A stretch of DNA of 49,979 bases, the filler included, from Stramenopiles sp. TOSAG23-2 (lineage: Eukaryota): the NCBI GenBank assembly GCA_900128395.1. It is 2 parts of 2 records of this genome, joined end to end, with 100 filler letters (N's around TTAATTAATTAA, not from the genome) between each part and the next. Parts side by side here need not be neighbours in the genome. Positions count along the whole stretch, not along the records: positions 25,127 to 49,979 come from LT649459.1; 1 more part is not named here. One strand, given 5' to 3'. Positions 30,419 to 40,808 of this stretch are shown here, piece by piece. The position numbers and the translations under genes were made by a program. Positions within the stretch are counted from its first letter, which is position 1. Each line of letters begins with the position of its first letter. The notes beneath the pieces were generated by a model. That model saw only the letters and a program-made list of their open reading frames with translations, ran no database searches and was not told the DNA's origin.

Positions 30419-33418
30419 ATGAAGGTATGTCTGCTAACTTTAATAATTAGCTTAGTCATCCCGTCGCTTGCCTACGAACAGCCAACTTGTCGCGCGCATG
30501 AGGGAACTGTCCTCTCCTTCTGCAATGGCTCTCCGTTCCGAAAATGGGGCGTAGGCCCCGAGGGTGAGGAGCAGGCAATCGCGAACTGCCAGTGGGCTGC
30601 TAATAGTCAAGAGTGCATACGCAACACGACCGTTGTCCTCGATCCGTTCACGCTCCGCTCGATCGGCAGGGGTGCAAATGCCACCATCGATCGCATGCAG
30701 TGGTTTGGTGGGCACTGGAACATCTACAAAAGCGGAATTCAATGGCGAGACGAGGATGTGGAGCTCTTCCACGACCGCTACCACGCGCACCCAGGCCGAT
30801 CCTTCTACGTATCCTACCGCATGTCACAATGCGTGGAGGATTCTGCTCGCCCGGGCTTTGTGGACGTGTCCTCGCTCATCGCCTCCTGTGCCAATGCGCG
30901 GCAGTGGAGTCAACTCGCCTGGCCCCTAGATGCAGTGGACATGATCGTCAGCTCCAAGCCTGACCAGCTGTATCCAAACTCCTGTGGCCATCGCAATGGC
31001 CAAGCTCCTAATGGCTTCATGCCAGGTTCGCACGCGGCGGCGGCTGAATTCTTTGCGCTTTATTACCAGCACTGCATGCCACCCACAGCGCAGAATCGGG
31101 TGTTCATGGAGGTCTCCAATGAGTGCGATGTTAAGACCTTCCCTACCGCGTGCAATTCGCCCTGGTCCGAAATGGTTAAGCTACATGCTGCGGTGGGCGA
31201 CGCGATCCACAACGCATACGACAATGCGACAGCGTTGCCACGCCCCATTGTCTGTGGCCCAACCGAAGCTTTCCCCGAGTACCAACGAAAGGACTTCCGT
31301 ACATGGCGCGCTGGCGGGCAGCTCTCCGAGTTTCTGGCAGGCACCGTCCGTAACTCGTCTATCGACTGCTTGAGCACACATATCTACTCGACATACCAGG
31401 TGACGGCCAATGCCACAGGGCGTGATTCGAACACAGATCCGTTCAGCTCCAATTACGTCGCGCGCGAAGTAAATAATGTGGACGCCATTCTGGATATGCA
31501 GGAAGCAGGGATGACGGCAGAAGGGGCTGCGGCGGCAATACTCATTTCCGAGTATGGTGCGGCTTTCAAGGACAAACTACTCTACTACCACCCGGCGCAC
31601 GATTTCTGGATCTTGCGTGCCGTGAACACAATGTTGATGACATTTCTGGAGCGGCCGGATCGTATCCTGAAGGCGCTGCCCTTTATCGTAGATAAGGCTA
31701 CGTGGCACGTGCAGGGCAGTCAAAACAATGCCTCGCAGTCCTACCCACAGGCAATGTGGCGCAAAGTGAACAACGAGTGGCAGATTACACACCTGCACAA
31801 GTTCTATGGAATGTGGCGCGACTTCGGTGGGAAGCGCTTCCCCGCACGAAGCGACCATGCCCAGGTACAAGTACATGCGGCAGTGAGGCACGTAGCTGCA
31901 CTTGCGAATTGGACGGTGGCAGTGAATAATGCGGACCATCTTGTGCCTACGAGGGTGCATCTCGCCTGGCCCCTGCTACCCACAGGCGCCACCATCGTTG
32001 GTGTCAGCGTGCGAAGGTTGGCGTGGGACTCGGTGGAAGAAATACCCACGATGACGGATACTCATGAAGAACAGAGTGTGTTGCCGACGATACTCTTGCT
32101 TGCCCCCGCCGAGCTTGCTCTCGTAACCGTGCACGTTGAGGCGGCAGCAGCAGCAGTGCTTGCCGCGACTAAGCGCATTAACACGCTCACGTTTCCCAGC
32201 CCACAGCAACTTGTACCGCTGCCCACCACGGCAGCCGCCGCCAACAACGTTCCCTTCCGCTTCCTCGGGGTGCTCGCAGGCGGTGCCACGCCCCTTAGTG
32301 TTCGCGTCAGTCTGGGTGGGCCGGCTGAAAACCGCACTGCCATCCTCATGAAGCTTAACATCGTAGTGAACGGCGTGGCTTGTGTTGTCGATCCTACGCA
32401 GCATATCGGAGGTCAGCAGCATAAATCGCCGCAATTGGGTTCCTTTTTTGGAGGTTTGGAGGTGCTGGTGCCAATAACCGCAGTGACGCGAGGCCCAAGG
32501 CCGGGATTTGATGCAATCGTGAAGGTGTGGTCCAACATGGCGGTAGATTTGGAAGGCGATCCTGTGGTGGTGAGTACGGTGGCACTGTTGGTAGAGAACA
32601 CGACAACAATCACGACGTTCACCACATCAACAGAGCTACCTACCACTACGTCGCCAAGTGTTAGTAAGACCACATCAACACCAGCGCAGCCCAGTATTAG
32701 TACCACCACATCATCAAGTATTATTAGTAGTACCACATCAACATCCGAGCCATCCAGTAATTCTACCGCATCATCAAGTATAAGTACCACCACCACGTCA
32801 TCAAGTATTATTAGTAGTACCACATCAACATCCGAGCCATCCAGTAGTTCTACCGCGCCATCCAGTAGTTCTACCGCATCATCAAGTATAAGTACCACCA
32901 CCACGTCATCAAGTATTATTAGTAGTACCACATCAACATCCGAGCCATCCAGTAGTTCTACCGCGCCATCCAGTAGTTCTACCGCATCATCAAGTATAAG
33001 TACCACCACCACGTCATCAAGTATTATTAGTAGTACCACATCAACACCAGAGCCATCCAGTACAAGTACCACCACATCAATACCAAAAACTAGTACACCA
33101 AACCCGTCAAGCATTACACCCGTGCCGTCAAGTGACGCTATTATTACGACATCTAAAGGAAACGTACAAAACACCACTGTTGTTTCTGTGAAAGATTCTA
33201 ATACACTATTTTTATGGATTTTCATTAGTGTGATCGGTGTGATACTTGTTGTAGTGTGCTGTTGTGGATTTTTGACCTTACGAGGAATAGATAGAAGACC
33301 CGATCATATACATAAAAACTTGAATAGCTGGAAAATGTTAACACCTGTTGAGCAGAGTGGCAGTAATGCATACAGAGATGGCCGAGGGGTAGAACTGGGG
33401 ACATATCATAAATCATAA
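30419..33418 (+). CDS. GH86-like beta-porphyranase/beta-agarase with signal peptide, Ser/Thr stalk and TM anchor
   Basis: Motif order matches GH86 porphyranases as I recall them: EVSNE, AFPEY...F..W, DCLSTHIY, N.DAILDM.E, ISEYG, FLERPD.I.KALPFIVDKA.WH, KFY.MW....G.R. Both clan GH-A glutamates are present (codons 31121 and 31550). Confidence 0.8.
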   Translation: MKVCLLTLIISLVIPSLAYEQPTCRAHEGTVLSFCNGSPFRKWGVGPEGEEQAIANCQWAANSQECIRNTTVVLDPFTLRSIGRGANATIDRMQWFGGHWNIYKSGIQWRDEDVELFHDRYHAHPGRSFYVSYRMSQCVEDSARPGFVDVSSLIASCANARQWSQLAWPLDAVDMIVSSKPDQLYPNSCGHRNGQAPNGFMPGSHAAAAEFFALYYQHCMPPTAQNRVFMEVSNECDVKTFPTACNSPWSEMVKLHAAVGDAIHNAYDNATALPRPIVCGPTEAFPEYQRKDFRTWRAGGQLSEFLAGTVRNSSIDCLSTHIYSTYQVTANATGRDSNTDPFSSNYVAREVNNVDAILDMQEAGMTAEGAAAAILISEYGAAFKDKLLYYHPAHDFWILRAVNTMLMTFLERPDRILKALPFIVDKATWHVQGSQNNASQSYPQAMWRKVNNEWQITHLHKFYGMWRDFGGKRFPARSDHAQVQVHAAVRHVAALANWTVAVNNADHLVPTRVHLAWPLLPTGATIVGVSVRRLAWDSVEEIPTMTDTHEEQSVLPTILLLAPAELALVTVHVEAAAAAVLAATKRINTLTFPSPQQLVPLPTTAAAANNVPFRFLGVLAGGATPLSVRVSLGGPAENRTAILMKLNIVVNGVACVVDPTQHIGGQQHKSPQLGSFFGGLEVLVPITAVTRGPRPGFDAIVKVWSNMAVDLEGDPVVVSTVALLVENTTTITTFTTSTELPTTTSPSVSKTTSTPAQPSISTTTSSSIISSTTSTSEPSSNSTASSSISTTTTSSSIISSTTSTSEPSSSSTAPSSSSTASSSISTTTTSSSIISSTTSTSEPSSSSTAPSSSSTASSSISTTTTSSSIISSTTSTPEPSSTSTTTSIPKTSTPNPSSITPVPSSDAIITTSKGNVQNTTVVSVKDSNTLFLWIFISVIGVILVVVCCCGFLTLRGIDRRPDHIHKNLNSWKMLTPVEQSGSNAYRDGRGVELGTYHKS
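32690..33080 (+). repeat. Mucin-like Ser/Thr stalk with 108-bp tandem units
   Basis: TTCTACCGCATCATCAAGTATAAG recurs at 32761, 32869 and 32977. Confidence 0.9.
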
Positions 33419-33576
33419 AATAAAAAAGATTAAAAAAATACTCTTAGAAAAAGTATGTGTAGTAAAATAATAATATGTGAGAACAAATTAAATTTAATAT
33501 TTTACGAAAAGTTATATTAATTTTAATTTTAAATCTATTGACACACCCAGTCTGTACACGTCCCTTCGTACATGAA

Positions 33577-33631
33577 CATGTATTTAAGATTGTACGAGTC
33601 AGGGTACAAAAACACCACAGCACAGGCAACT
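33577..33631 (+). repeat. 55-bp direct repeat, right copy (downstream of GH86 gene)
   Basis: CATGTATTTAAGATTGTACGAGTCAGGGTACAAAAACACCACAGCACAGGCAACT; 4 mismatches to the left copy. Confidence 0.95.
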
Positions 33632-33894
33632 CTCTCTCAATTTAATTTTTCGGTGCATGTTTGTGACATCCTTTTTCTATAATGCATACATTCCTCTGCA
33701 TGATGTTTTCTGAATCAAGATTTAAATATAATATACACAACTCGCGAACACACATGATTTTGTACATAAAACACAACATATATAGTATATACATATACAC
33801 ATACAAATGAGAACATTTTACGCGTATTATTTTCGCACAAACATCATATATATATATATATATATATAAGAAAAAAAACTTCATTTTTTTTTTT

Positions 33895-35010
33895 TTATGC
33901 TTCAACTGTTTTTACAGTATTTGATTCATAACCTAATTTATTCACAATTGCAATCGTTGTTGTTGACATATTTAATGTATAAAAATGTAAACCTGGTACT
34001 TTTTTACTAGCAATTAATTTTTGACACATTTCTACACAATAATCAATACCAAATGCTTTTACTTTTGATTTAAGTTCTGGATCATCGGATGGCAATGCTT
34101 CAAATGCAAGTAATTTTTCATCCAATTCTTTTGGAATTCTAGATTTACAGAATCCAGTCATTCGTCTAAAACCACCTAAATTACCAATCATCATCAATCC
34201 TGGTAAAATTGGCACGGTAATACCAATTGAACGACAATCATCGACGAATTGAAGAAATACATCAACATCGAAAAACATTTGTGTAATAATACAATTTGCA
34301 CCAGCATCAACTTTTTCTTTTAAATATGCCAATTCCTTTGTATAATCTGCATCTTTACATACAAGAATTTCTGGTTCGCCCGTTTCTTTATTTTTGGATT
34401 TAGAATGTCTTTTTACTTCCGATGGCGTTAAACTTCCTAAACCACCTTCTGCTTCGGTAATCACTGTCATTGCATTTGGATGGCCTTCTGGATAACCAGC
34501 ACATGTAATATGGAAATAATCACCATGTTCTTTACGAATGTATTGGATCAAATCCAACGCGCATGAAAATGCTAAATCAGTAGCTTCCCATTTGTCTTGC
34601 CCAGCTGGCGGATCACCACGTAATGCAAGGATATTCGTGATACCATTTGCTTTTGCATCAACTAAAGCTTTGGAAATTTTATCCCCTACAACATTTGTAC
34701 AAGTTAAATGCATATTTGGAACTACATTGTATTCCTTTTTCATTCTAGTACATAAATCCATGGTTAAATCAGACGTAGAACCACCTGCACCCCAGGTTAC
34801 ATCTGCAAATAATGGATTGTACGCCTTTAATCTTTCCAATGCTTTAAAAAGTTTTGGAATATCTACATCTTTTTTGGGAGGGTAGAATTCAATGGATACA
34901 AACGGTTTTGAACTTTGTTTCGATAACTCACTTTCAATTAATTGACTAATTTTTAAGTTATCATTTGTTTTTAATGTTGTCGTCGTTTCGTTTTTCGTAA
35001 TAGCAGACAT
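33895..35010 (-). CDS. MTHFR: Methylenetetrahydrofolate reductase (catalytic domain only)
   Basis: SIEFYPPK, DVTWGAGGST, MHLTCTN, NILALRGDPP, AGYPEGH, ITQMFFD, GLHFYTLN. Confidence 0.97.
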   Translation of the reverse strand: MSAITKNETTTTLKTNDNLKISQLIESELSKQSSKPFVSIEFYPPKKDVDIPKLFKALERLKAYNPLFADVTWGAGGSTSDLTMDLCTRMKKEYNVVPNMHLTCTNVVGDKISKALVDAKANGITNILALRGDPPAGQDKWEATDLAFSCALDLIQYIRKEHGDYFHITCAGYPEGHPNAMTVITEAEGGLGSLTPSEVKRHSKSKNKETGEPEILVCKDADYTKELAYLKEKVDAGANCIITQMFFDVDVFLQFVDDCRSIGITVPILPGLMMIGNLGGFRRMTGFCKSRIPKELDEKLLAFEALPSDDPELKSKVKAFGIDYCVEMCQKLIASKKVPGLHFYTLNMSTTTIAIVNKLGYESNTVKTVEA

Positions 35011-35762
35011 GTTTTTTTGTTTTTTTTTATGTTATTGTTTCACTTGTTTTTTGTTGTTTTGTTGATTTTGATATAAAAAGTATGTATGCTTCCCAAATTA
35101 GAAATTCACCAGTTGCTACTTCACTTTGTGTTTTTTCTTAAGTTCTATATATGACGCTAGTATTTTTTGTGTAATCCATACCATAATAATCTGATAAAAT
35201 GTGTATCTCATTTATAATCCATTATTACATTAATGATATGATAAAATATTGTAGAGATGCAATTTATCCGATTATTATGGTATGGATTAGGTTACTTATT
35301 CACCACGAATTTTAGAGGAGGGCACGAGGAGCTTTATTAGACCTGCTGGGCCTGTGGAAGTGGTAGAGATGCTGAAATTTTACGTCGTATTATCTTCTAT
35401 ACTATTAAGTATACTAAAAAACTTTGTACCGAAAATTGTCCTTACTTCACAGAAAATTACTTTGCTTTTTGTTTAAAATAAACTCAGGAAACAACAACAA
35501 AAATGACAAAATGACAACCATGATTAATTGTATTTGATAGGTAATATAGTGTGTAAATACCGAAAACTGTCCAATCGCTGTATTAGAAGAAATCTCAGTC
35601 ACAATCAGTCTTACGCACTTTAACTTTTTTATAAAAAATATAAAAAAAGATATTTCCATTCCAGTATATAAGTGAACAGAAGTATAGTATAGAACAAGTT
35701 TCAATAATAACAAATAATAACAAATATCTAATATAAACGATTTAAAATAGTCTATAACAACC

Positions 35763-36695
35763 ATGTCACGCGCATTTTTAAAACGACATTTCACATTAAA
35801 TGCGGAAACGGATTTATCAGCGCCAGTTAGTTTATTATCTGTACAAGATTATCCAAAATTAAAATTATCTTATTATCAATCTGGAAACAGTATCATTGCA
35901 AGGATTACATTTAATGATCCAAAAGCATTAAATGCCATTTCAGATCCTGTATTGCAATCATTCAACAAAGCATTGTCACGAATTGAGAATGGTGTTGATC
36001 ATAAAGCAAGATGTTTAGTATTAAGTGGTGAAGGAAGAGCATTTTGTGCAGGTGCAAACATTGGTGGTGGAGGCGGCGGTGGCAGAGGTGGTGAACCACA
36101 AGATCTACAAGTCTTTCCAGATACTGCTGGATTACCAGGAGCAGGATCTTCCTTAGTCACGAAATACCATCCATTGATGATAAGGTTGCGTGATTTGAAT
36201 ATGCCAATTGTTGCAATATGCCAAGGACCAATTGCTGGAGTTGGTATGAGTTTTGCTATGGCAGCGGATATGTGTATTTGTTCCGATGATGCATATTTTC
36301 TTCAAGCCTTTCGTAACATAGGGTTAGTACCAGATGGTGGATCTACGTATTTATTGCCACGTAAAGTTGGCATGGCAAGAGCAATGGAATTATCTCTTAT
36401 GGGTGAAAGATTACCTGCACAAGAAGCATTGCAAATAGGTCTTTGTAATCGTGTTGTTGCGAGAAAAGATTTAGATGATTTTGGTATGAAATTTGCTGCA
36501 AGAGTTGCAACTGGCCCAACAAAAATGATGTCGATGACACGTAAATTATATTGGAGTTCATATAATAATACATATGAAGAACAGATGGCACAAGAGGCAA
36601 GGTTTCAAAATGTTGCAGGAGCTTCAAAAGATGCTGGTATTGGTGGAAATGCATTTCGAAATAAGGAAAAAAACCCAAAATTTATTGGAGAATAA
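35763..36695 (+). CDS. Enoyl-CoA hydratase/isomerase (crotonase family, PaaG-like)
   Basis: ITFNDPKALNA, GEGRAFCAGA, GPIAGVGMS, IGLVPDGGSTYLLPR. Confidence 0.9.
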   Translation: MSRAFLKRHFTLNAETDLSAPVSLLSVQDYPKLKLSYYQSGNSIIARITFNDPKALNAISDPVLQSFNKALSRIENGVDHKARCLVLSGEGRAFCAGANIGGGGGGGRGGEPQDLQVFPDTAGLPGAGSSLVTKYHPLMIRLRDLNMPIVAICQGPIAGVGMSFAMAADMCICSDDAYFLQAFRNIGLVPDGGSTYLLPRKVGMARAMELSLMGERLPAQEALQIGLCNRVVARKDLDDFGMKFAARVATGPTKMMSMTRKLYWSSYNNTYEEQMAQEARFQNVAGASKDAGIGGNAFRNKEKNPKFIGE

Positions 36696-37126
36696 AAATG
36701 TACAAAGGGTGTCATTAACATAAATATATTATGATATATATGATATATAATTTGTTAATAGGCATATGCATAGGCATATATATATAAAATGTTCCTATAT
36801 AAACGATCCACGGCCCACGGCCCACGGTAACAACGGCGTCTAAAAAGTAGAGAGGCCATCATGGATACTTGTAAATAGTGAATCGTGCAATCCATTAAAA
36901 TATAATCGCGTATATATATTATAAGTACAATATTTAGTATTCTAATCTATACAACATATTTATACCACTTTAATTTTAACATATATTTCTACTTTATTTA
37001 ACTTTTTATTGAAAAACATGTGTTTTGTTGTTGAAAATGGTAGATAGAAATAAATTAATACAAGATAAAATATATACATATCGTTATATATTTTAATGTT
37101 TATTAATTGATTAATATTATATAATA

Positions 37127-37693
37127 ATGATATATAAACGAATGAAAACTTTTATCGATGTAAAAATCATATTGCCGTTTAAAAAAGAAATACAAAATGG
37201 AATATCAGAAGAGTTATTAACAAAATCAATTTCAATTGGGTTTACAGGTGGAATTTTTCCAATTCCTGGTTTAACTTTATTGTGTTCTTTTCTATTGCAA
37301 TATTTATTTCGTGGCTCATTTATCATATGTCAATCCGTTAATGTCATTGTGACACCATTACATTTACTTTCTTTGAAAACATTTTATCAATCAGGGATGA
37401 ATTATATATTACCTTCGTCCTATACTATGTCAATTGACAATTTAATGAATATTATTTCAACCCATTCAATTTTTGAAACGTTACAACATTTTTTTGCATA
37501 TATCTTAGGGGCAGTTTGCATTTGGTTTTTGCTTTCGCCATTCTTATTAGGATTCTCTTATTTAGCATCAAAGCCATTATCGCGAGTTATATTGAAAAGG
37601 TTTAAACAATTACGAAGTAGTAGTAGTAGTAGTAGTAACAATAAGAAGAATAACCAAGTAGAACAAAGTAATAATGTTTTAAAATCTGTGTAA
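37127..37693 (+). CDS. DUF2062-like membrane protein
   Basis: QNGISEELLTKSISIGFTGGIFPIPGLTLLC pattern followed by TM helices. Confidence 0.7.
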   Translation: MIYKRMKTFIDVKIILPFKKEIQNGISEELLTKSISIGFTGGIFPIPGLTLLCSFLLQYLFRGSFIICQSVNVIVTPLHLLSLKTFYQSGMNYILPSSYTMSIDNLMNIISTHSIFETLQHFFAYILGAVCIWFLLSPFLLGFSYLASKPLSRVILKRFKQLRSSSSSSSNNKKNNQVEQSNNVLKSV

Positions 37694-37740
37694 GCCGTAA
37701 GAGGTGATGTACATGTAGCTTATACGCATATTATATATAT

Positions 37741-37874
37741 AGTTTGCAGAGGTGCATTAGAGCTTTACTAATAGTAGGATAGAATATTATTCTCTTGTGA
37801 TTGAGTATTGAGCACACATTATTTACTACACGGGAAGTAAAATTATTAAATTATATAACTTCAGATTTTAACCA
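37741..37874 (+). repeat. Convergent-spacer dispersed repeat copy
   Basis: AGTTTGCAGAGGTGCATTAGAGCTTTACTAATAGTAGGATAGAATATTATTC...GATTGAGTATTGAGCA...CACGGGAAGTAAAATTATT...GATTTTAACCA. Confidence 0.9.
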
Positions 37875-38158
37875 GATTAAGATCATTTATTAATATATAA
37901 TAAAAATATTTAATCGCGTAGTTTTCAAATATCATGATGTGTATATATATGTATATTTTCATTTTTTTACTTTTGGCACATATAAAACTTATTTCTCATG
38001 ATTAAATTCCTACTCTCCAGAAAGAATTACAATTAATATATAAAAAAAAATAATTTTGATTCAGCAACAACAAAAATGAAAAACTCAAAATACACACACA
38101 AGATGCGAGACCCCACCATATATATATATACTATTCATGCATCACCCCTTTTTGTTTC

Positions 38159-39763
38159 TCAATCAAATGAATGTTTTCGAAACAAATAATTTGATTGCAT
38201 TGCTTCTACATCAACACCTAAATTTTCCAATGTATTTTCCAATAACAAAGTATATTCTTTTGTATCCATTCGACCTAATAATTTTTTCAAATTAGGTGGG
38301 ATTTGATCAAATGTACTTGTTTGTTTATCATTAAAATTAACATGATCAACAAACCATTCTTGAAAGATCGTCAAATACATCAACGGCCTACGTTTTGGTG
38401 TAGTATTAGCTGTGCCGCGATGAAGAATTCTTAAATCAAAGATAACAGCGGATCCCGTTGGAGCTGGTGTTGTTAATGTTTTTCCACTATGACGACATTC
38501 ATTTAATATCCAATTTCCTAATTGACGTTGTTCTTTTTCAGAGTTTGGACATTGTATATGAGAACCACTTAAAAATTCAGTTGGTCCCATCTCTTCAGTA
38601 ACTTTTACTAACGGTACAAAAAGCACCATACCATGTGGAGGTACCTGTTTTTGTAAATTTGCATAATCAAATAAAAATCCTGCATCACGATGCCAATGCT
38701 GCTGTGGTGTATTTCCTAAGGATGTCACGGATGAATGTGTATCAATCTCCAAACGTTTCGTACCTAATATATTTTGCATCATAGGCATAAATAATGTATT
38801 TGATACAAATTCTTTATCACTAAATGGTGTTTTCAATGGATTAACTAATTCATAACGGCCTGGGCTACGTTGCTCAGATGATGTCGTGTTTGTGTTTGTT
38901 GGATCCTCTGCGATCGTTTCCAAATATGTATCAACAATTTTCGATTGTTCTTTTTTCATTTTTTTCATTAACGCACGTGTAAATAATTTTTCCAATACTA
39001 ATACACCACATATTTTCAATATTTTAAGGCCACGTTTAAACTTTTTAAACTTTAAAATACCTTCCTCACGTTCTTTATTTGAAATTTTTAAACGAATATT
39101 TTCATCCGTACATAATTCATTGATTTGACGTTTTAATATTTTAAATTTGTTTTTTTTATTGCGTTTGCGTGATGATGATGAACTGCTACTACGTCTTGAA
39201 TTTTTATTGTTGTTCTTATTTCTATTATTATTATTATCACCATCATCGTCATCATCTTTGTCATCCATATCATTATCATCATCCAACATATCATCATCTT
39301 CATCATCCCATTCTCCATCAGCAGATATCTCACCAGAATTTATTTTCTTGTTTTTACTGTTACTACTGCCACCAATGTCTCGTATGTAATTCTTTGCAAG
39401 CTGTAAATTGTCTGCCGTGTTGCCATCTCGTTTCAATGATAAACTTCGTTTGAATAATTTTGCGGATTCTTTTAATTCTTTAATATTACCATTATCAACA
39501 CCATGTCTCATTAAAGCAACACCTAAATTATTATAACCCATTGCATCGTATGGATCCAACTCAACTGCTCTACGAAAGTCAAGTATGGCACCGTCTAAAT
39601 TTCCCGCGTTACTTTTCTCAATTGCAGCTGATTTATAATCACCAGCAGTTTGTATAGGTAATTGAAACGAATGTACAGGTAGTATAATAACTAGAAAAAT
39701 TGCCATCATTATCATACATGCCATTCTAATAATTATACCATTATTATTATTAATATTATACAT
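38159..39763 (-). CDS. Signal peptide + TPR + PhyH-family Fe(II)/2-oxoglutarate dioxygenase
   Basis: First ATG at 39763. Hydrophobic leader, TPR (FRRAVELDPYDAMGYNNLGVAL), acidic/basic linker, then QHWHRD, GPTEFLSGSH, IFDLRILHRG and RRPLMY. Confidence 0.85.
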   Translation of the reverse strand: MYNINNNNGIIIRMACMIMMAIFLVIILPVHSFQLPIQTAGDYKSAAIEKSNAGNLDGAILDFRRAVELDPYDAMGYNNLGVALMRHGVDNGNIKELKESAKLFKRSLSLKRDGNTADNLQLAKNYIRDIGGSSNSKNKKINSGEISADGEWDDEDDDMLDDDNDMDDKDDDDDGDNNNNRNKNNNKNSRRSSSSSSSRKRNKKNKFKILKRQINELCTDENIRLKISNKEREEGILKFKKFKRGLKILKICGVLVLEKLFTRALMKKMKKEQSKIVDTYLETIAEDPTNTNTTSSEQRSPGRYELVNPLKTPFSDKEFVSNTLFMPMMQNILGTKRLEIDTHSSVTSLGNTPQQHWHRDAGFLFDYANLQKQVPPHGMVLFVPLVKVTEEMGPTEFLSGSHIQCPNSEKEQRQLGNWILNECRHSGKTLTTPAPTGSAVIFDLRILHRGTANTTPKRRPLMYLTIFQEWFVDHVNFNDKQTSTFDQIPPNLKKLLGRMDTKEYTLLLENTLENLGVDVEAMQSNYLFRKHSFD

Positions 39764-40159
39764 TTTTATAATAATGTATATATCTTTTTTTTTTGTCGAA
39801 ACAACACCAAATGTATATATATATATATATGATATATTAGGTGTATCGCTTTTAAACAAGATAGATAGATAGGTAAATAAATATTCGTTTCTCTCAAGAA
39901 TCTTATTATTTATACACTTATGTACAAGTTGTCACACACAGCTATTTCTACATATTTATCTTTTTATTATTCCAATCTAATAAATCATCAATTATTATTA
40001 ATCATTCAATTTACTTCAACTTTTTTCACTTCTTCTTTTACTTGAATGAAAAATGAATAATAATATAATGATGGAACATACTAATAGTAGTAAAAGTAAA
40101 TTATTTGTATATTTATATATATAGAAACAATTTTGAAAACGATAACAACAATAATAAAC

Positions 40160-40403
40160 AAAACAACACAAAGGAAAATTATTACAACATGTACTCCTCG
40201 TTAGACGATGAACCACAAAGAAGAAAATCACAAAGAGGTTCCGTAGTTGCTGGATTAATATTTGGTATAGCGTGTTGGTTAAAAACAACACAAAGGAAAA
40301 TTATTACAACATGTACTCCTCGTTAGACGATGAACCACAAAGAAGAAAATCACAAAGAGGTTCCGTAGTTGCTGGATTAATATTTGGTATAGCGTGTTGG
40401 TTA
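40160..40403. repeat. 122-bp perfect tandem duplication over a gene 5' end
   Basis: 40160-40281 = 40282-40403; ATGs at 40189 and 40311. Confidence 0.95.
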
Positions 40404-40808
40404 ATGGTATCAATTATGGTAAATAATAATGAAGATTGTAAATTTCGTTTTTTGTTTGCTTTGCCATTTATTGGTGCTGTGATTGGATTTGTCATGATAA
40501 ATGTAATATCATGGGAAAGTATGGATGCGCAAAATGCATATCAATATACAAACCCAAATGTTCCATGTATTAATCGTTCAGTTATGATATTTGGTACCCT
40601 TATTGCATTATCTTGCATTGGTGGTAGTGTTGCTATATTAGTTAACTGGTATGCAGAACCGCAATTTAAAGATATTACACCAAAATGTGATCCAGAACCA
40701 GGTGATATTGGTGATGGTTTATTAAATGTTACATCTACTGTTTTAGTTTTTATTAGTGCATGGGTAATGCGATTAGGCAATACACCACTTGGTGATGATG
40801 ATTATTAA
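40311..40808 (+). CDS. Vps68/TMEM50 (UPF0220)-like membrane protein
   Basis: 165 aa from ATG 40311, four TM segments, VAGLIFGIACWL and IGFVMINVISWE. Confidence 0.7.
   Translation: MYSSLDDEPQRRKSQRGSVVAGLIFGIACWLMVSIMVNNNEDCKFRFLFALPFIGAVIGFVMINVISWESMDAQNAYQYTNPNVPCINRSVMIFGTLIALSCIGGSVAILVNWYAEPQFKDITPKCDPEPGDIGDGLLNVTSTVLVFISAWVMRLGNTPLGDDDY

Noticed and set aside
30452-33225. Many overlapping alternative-frame and antisense ORFs inside the GH86 gene
   Set aside because: Expected from high GC content and the Ser/Thr repeats; none has recognisable protein features.
36808-36823. Short CCACGG(C) tandem repeat
   Set aside because: Only about three units; nothing supports a function.
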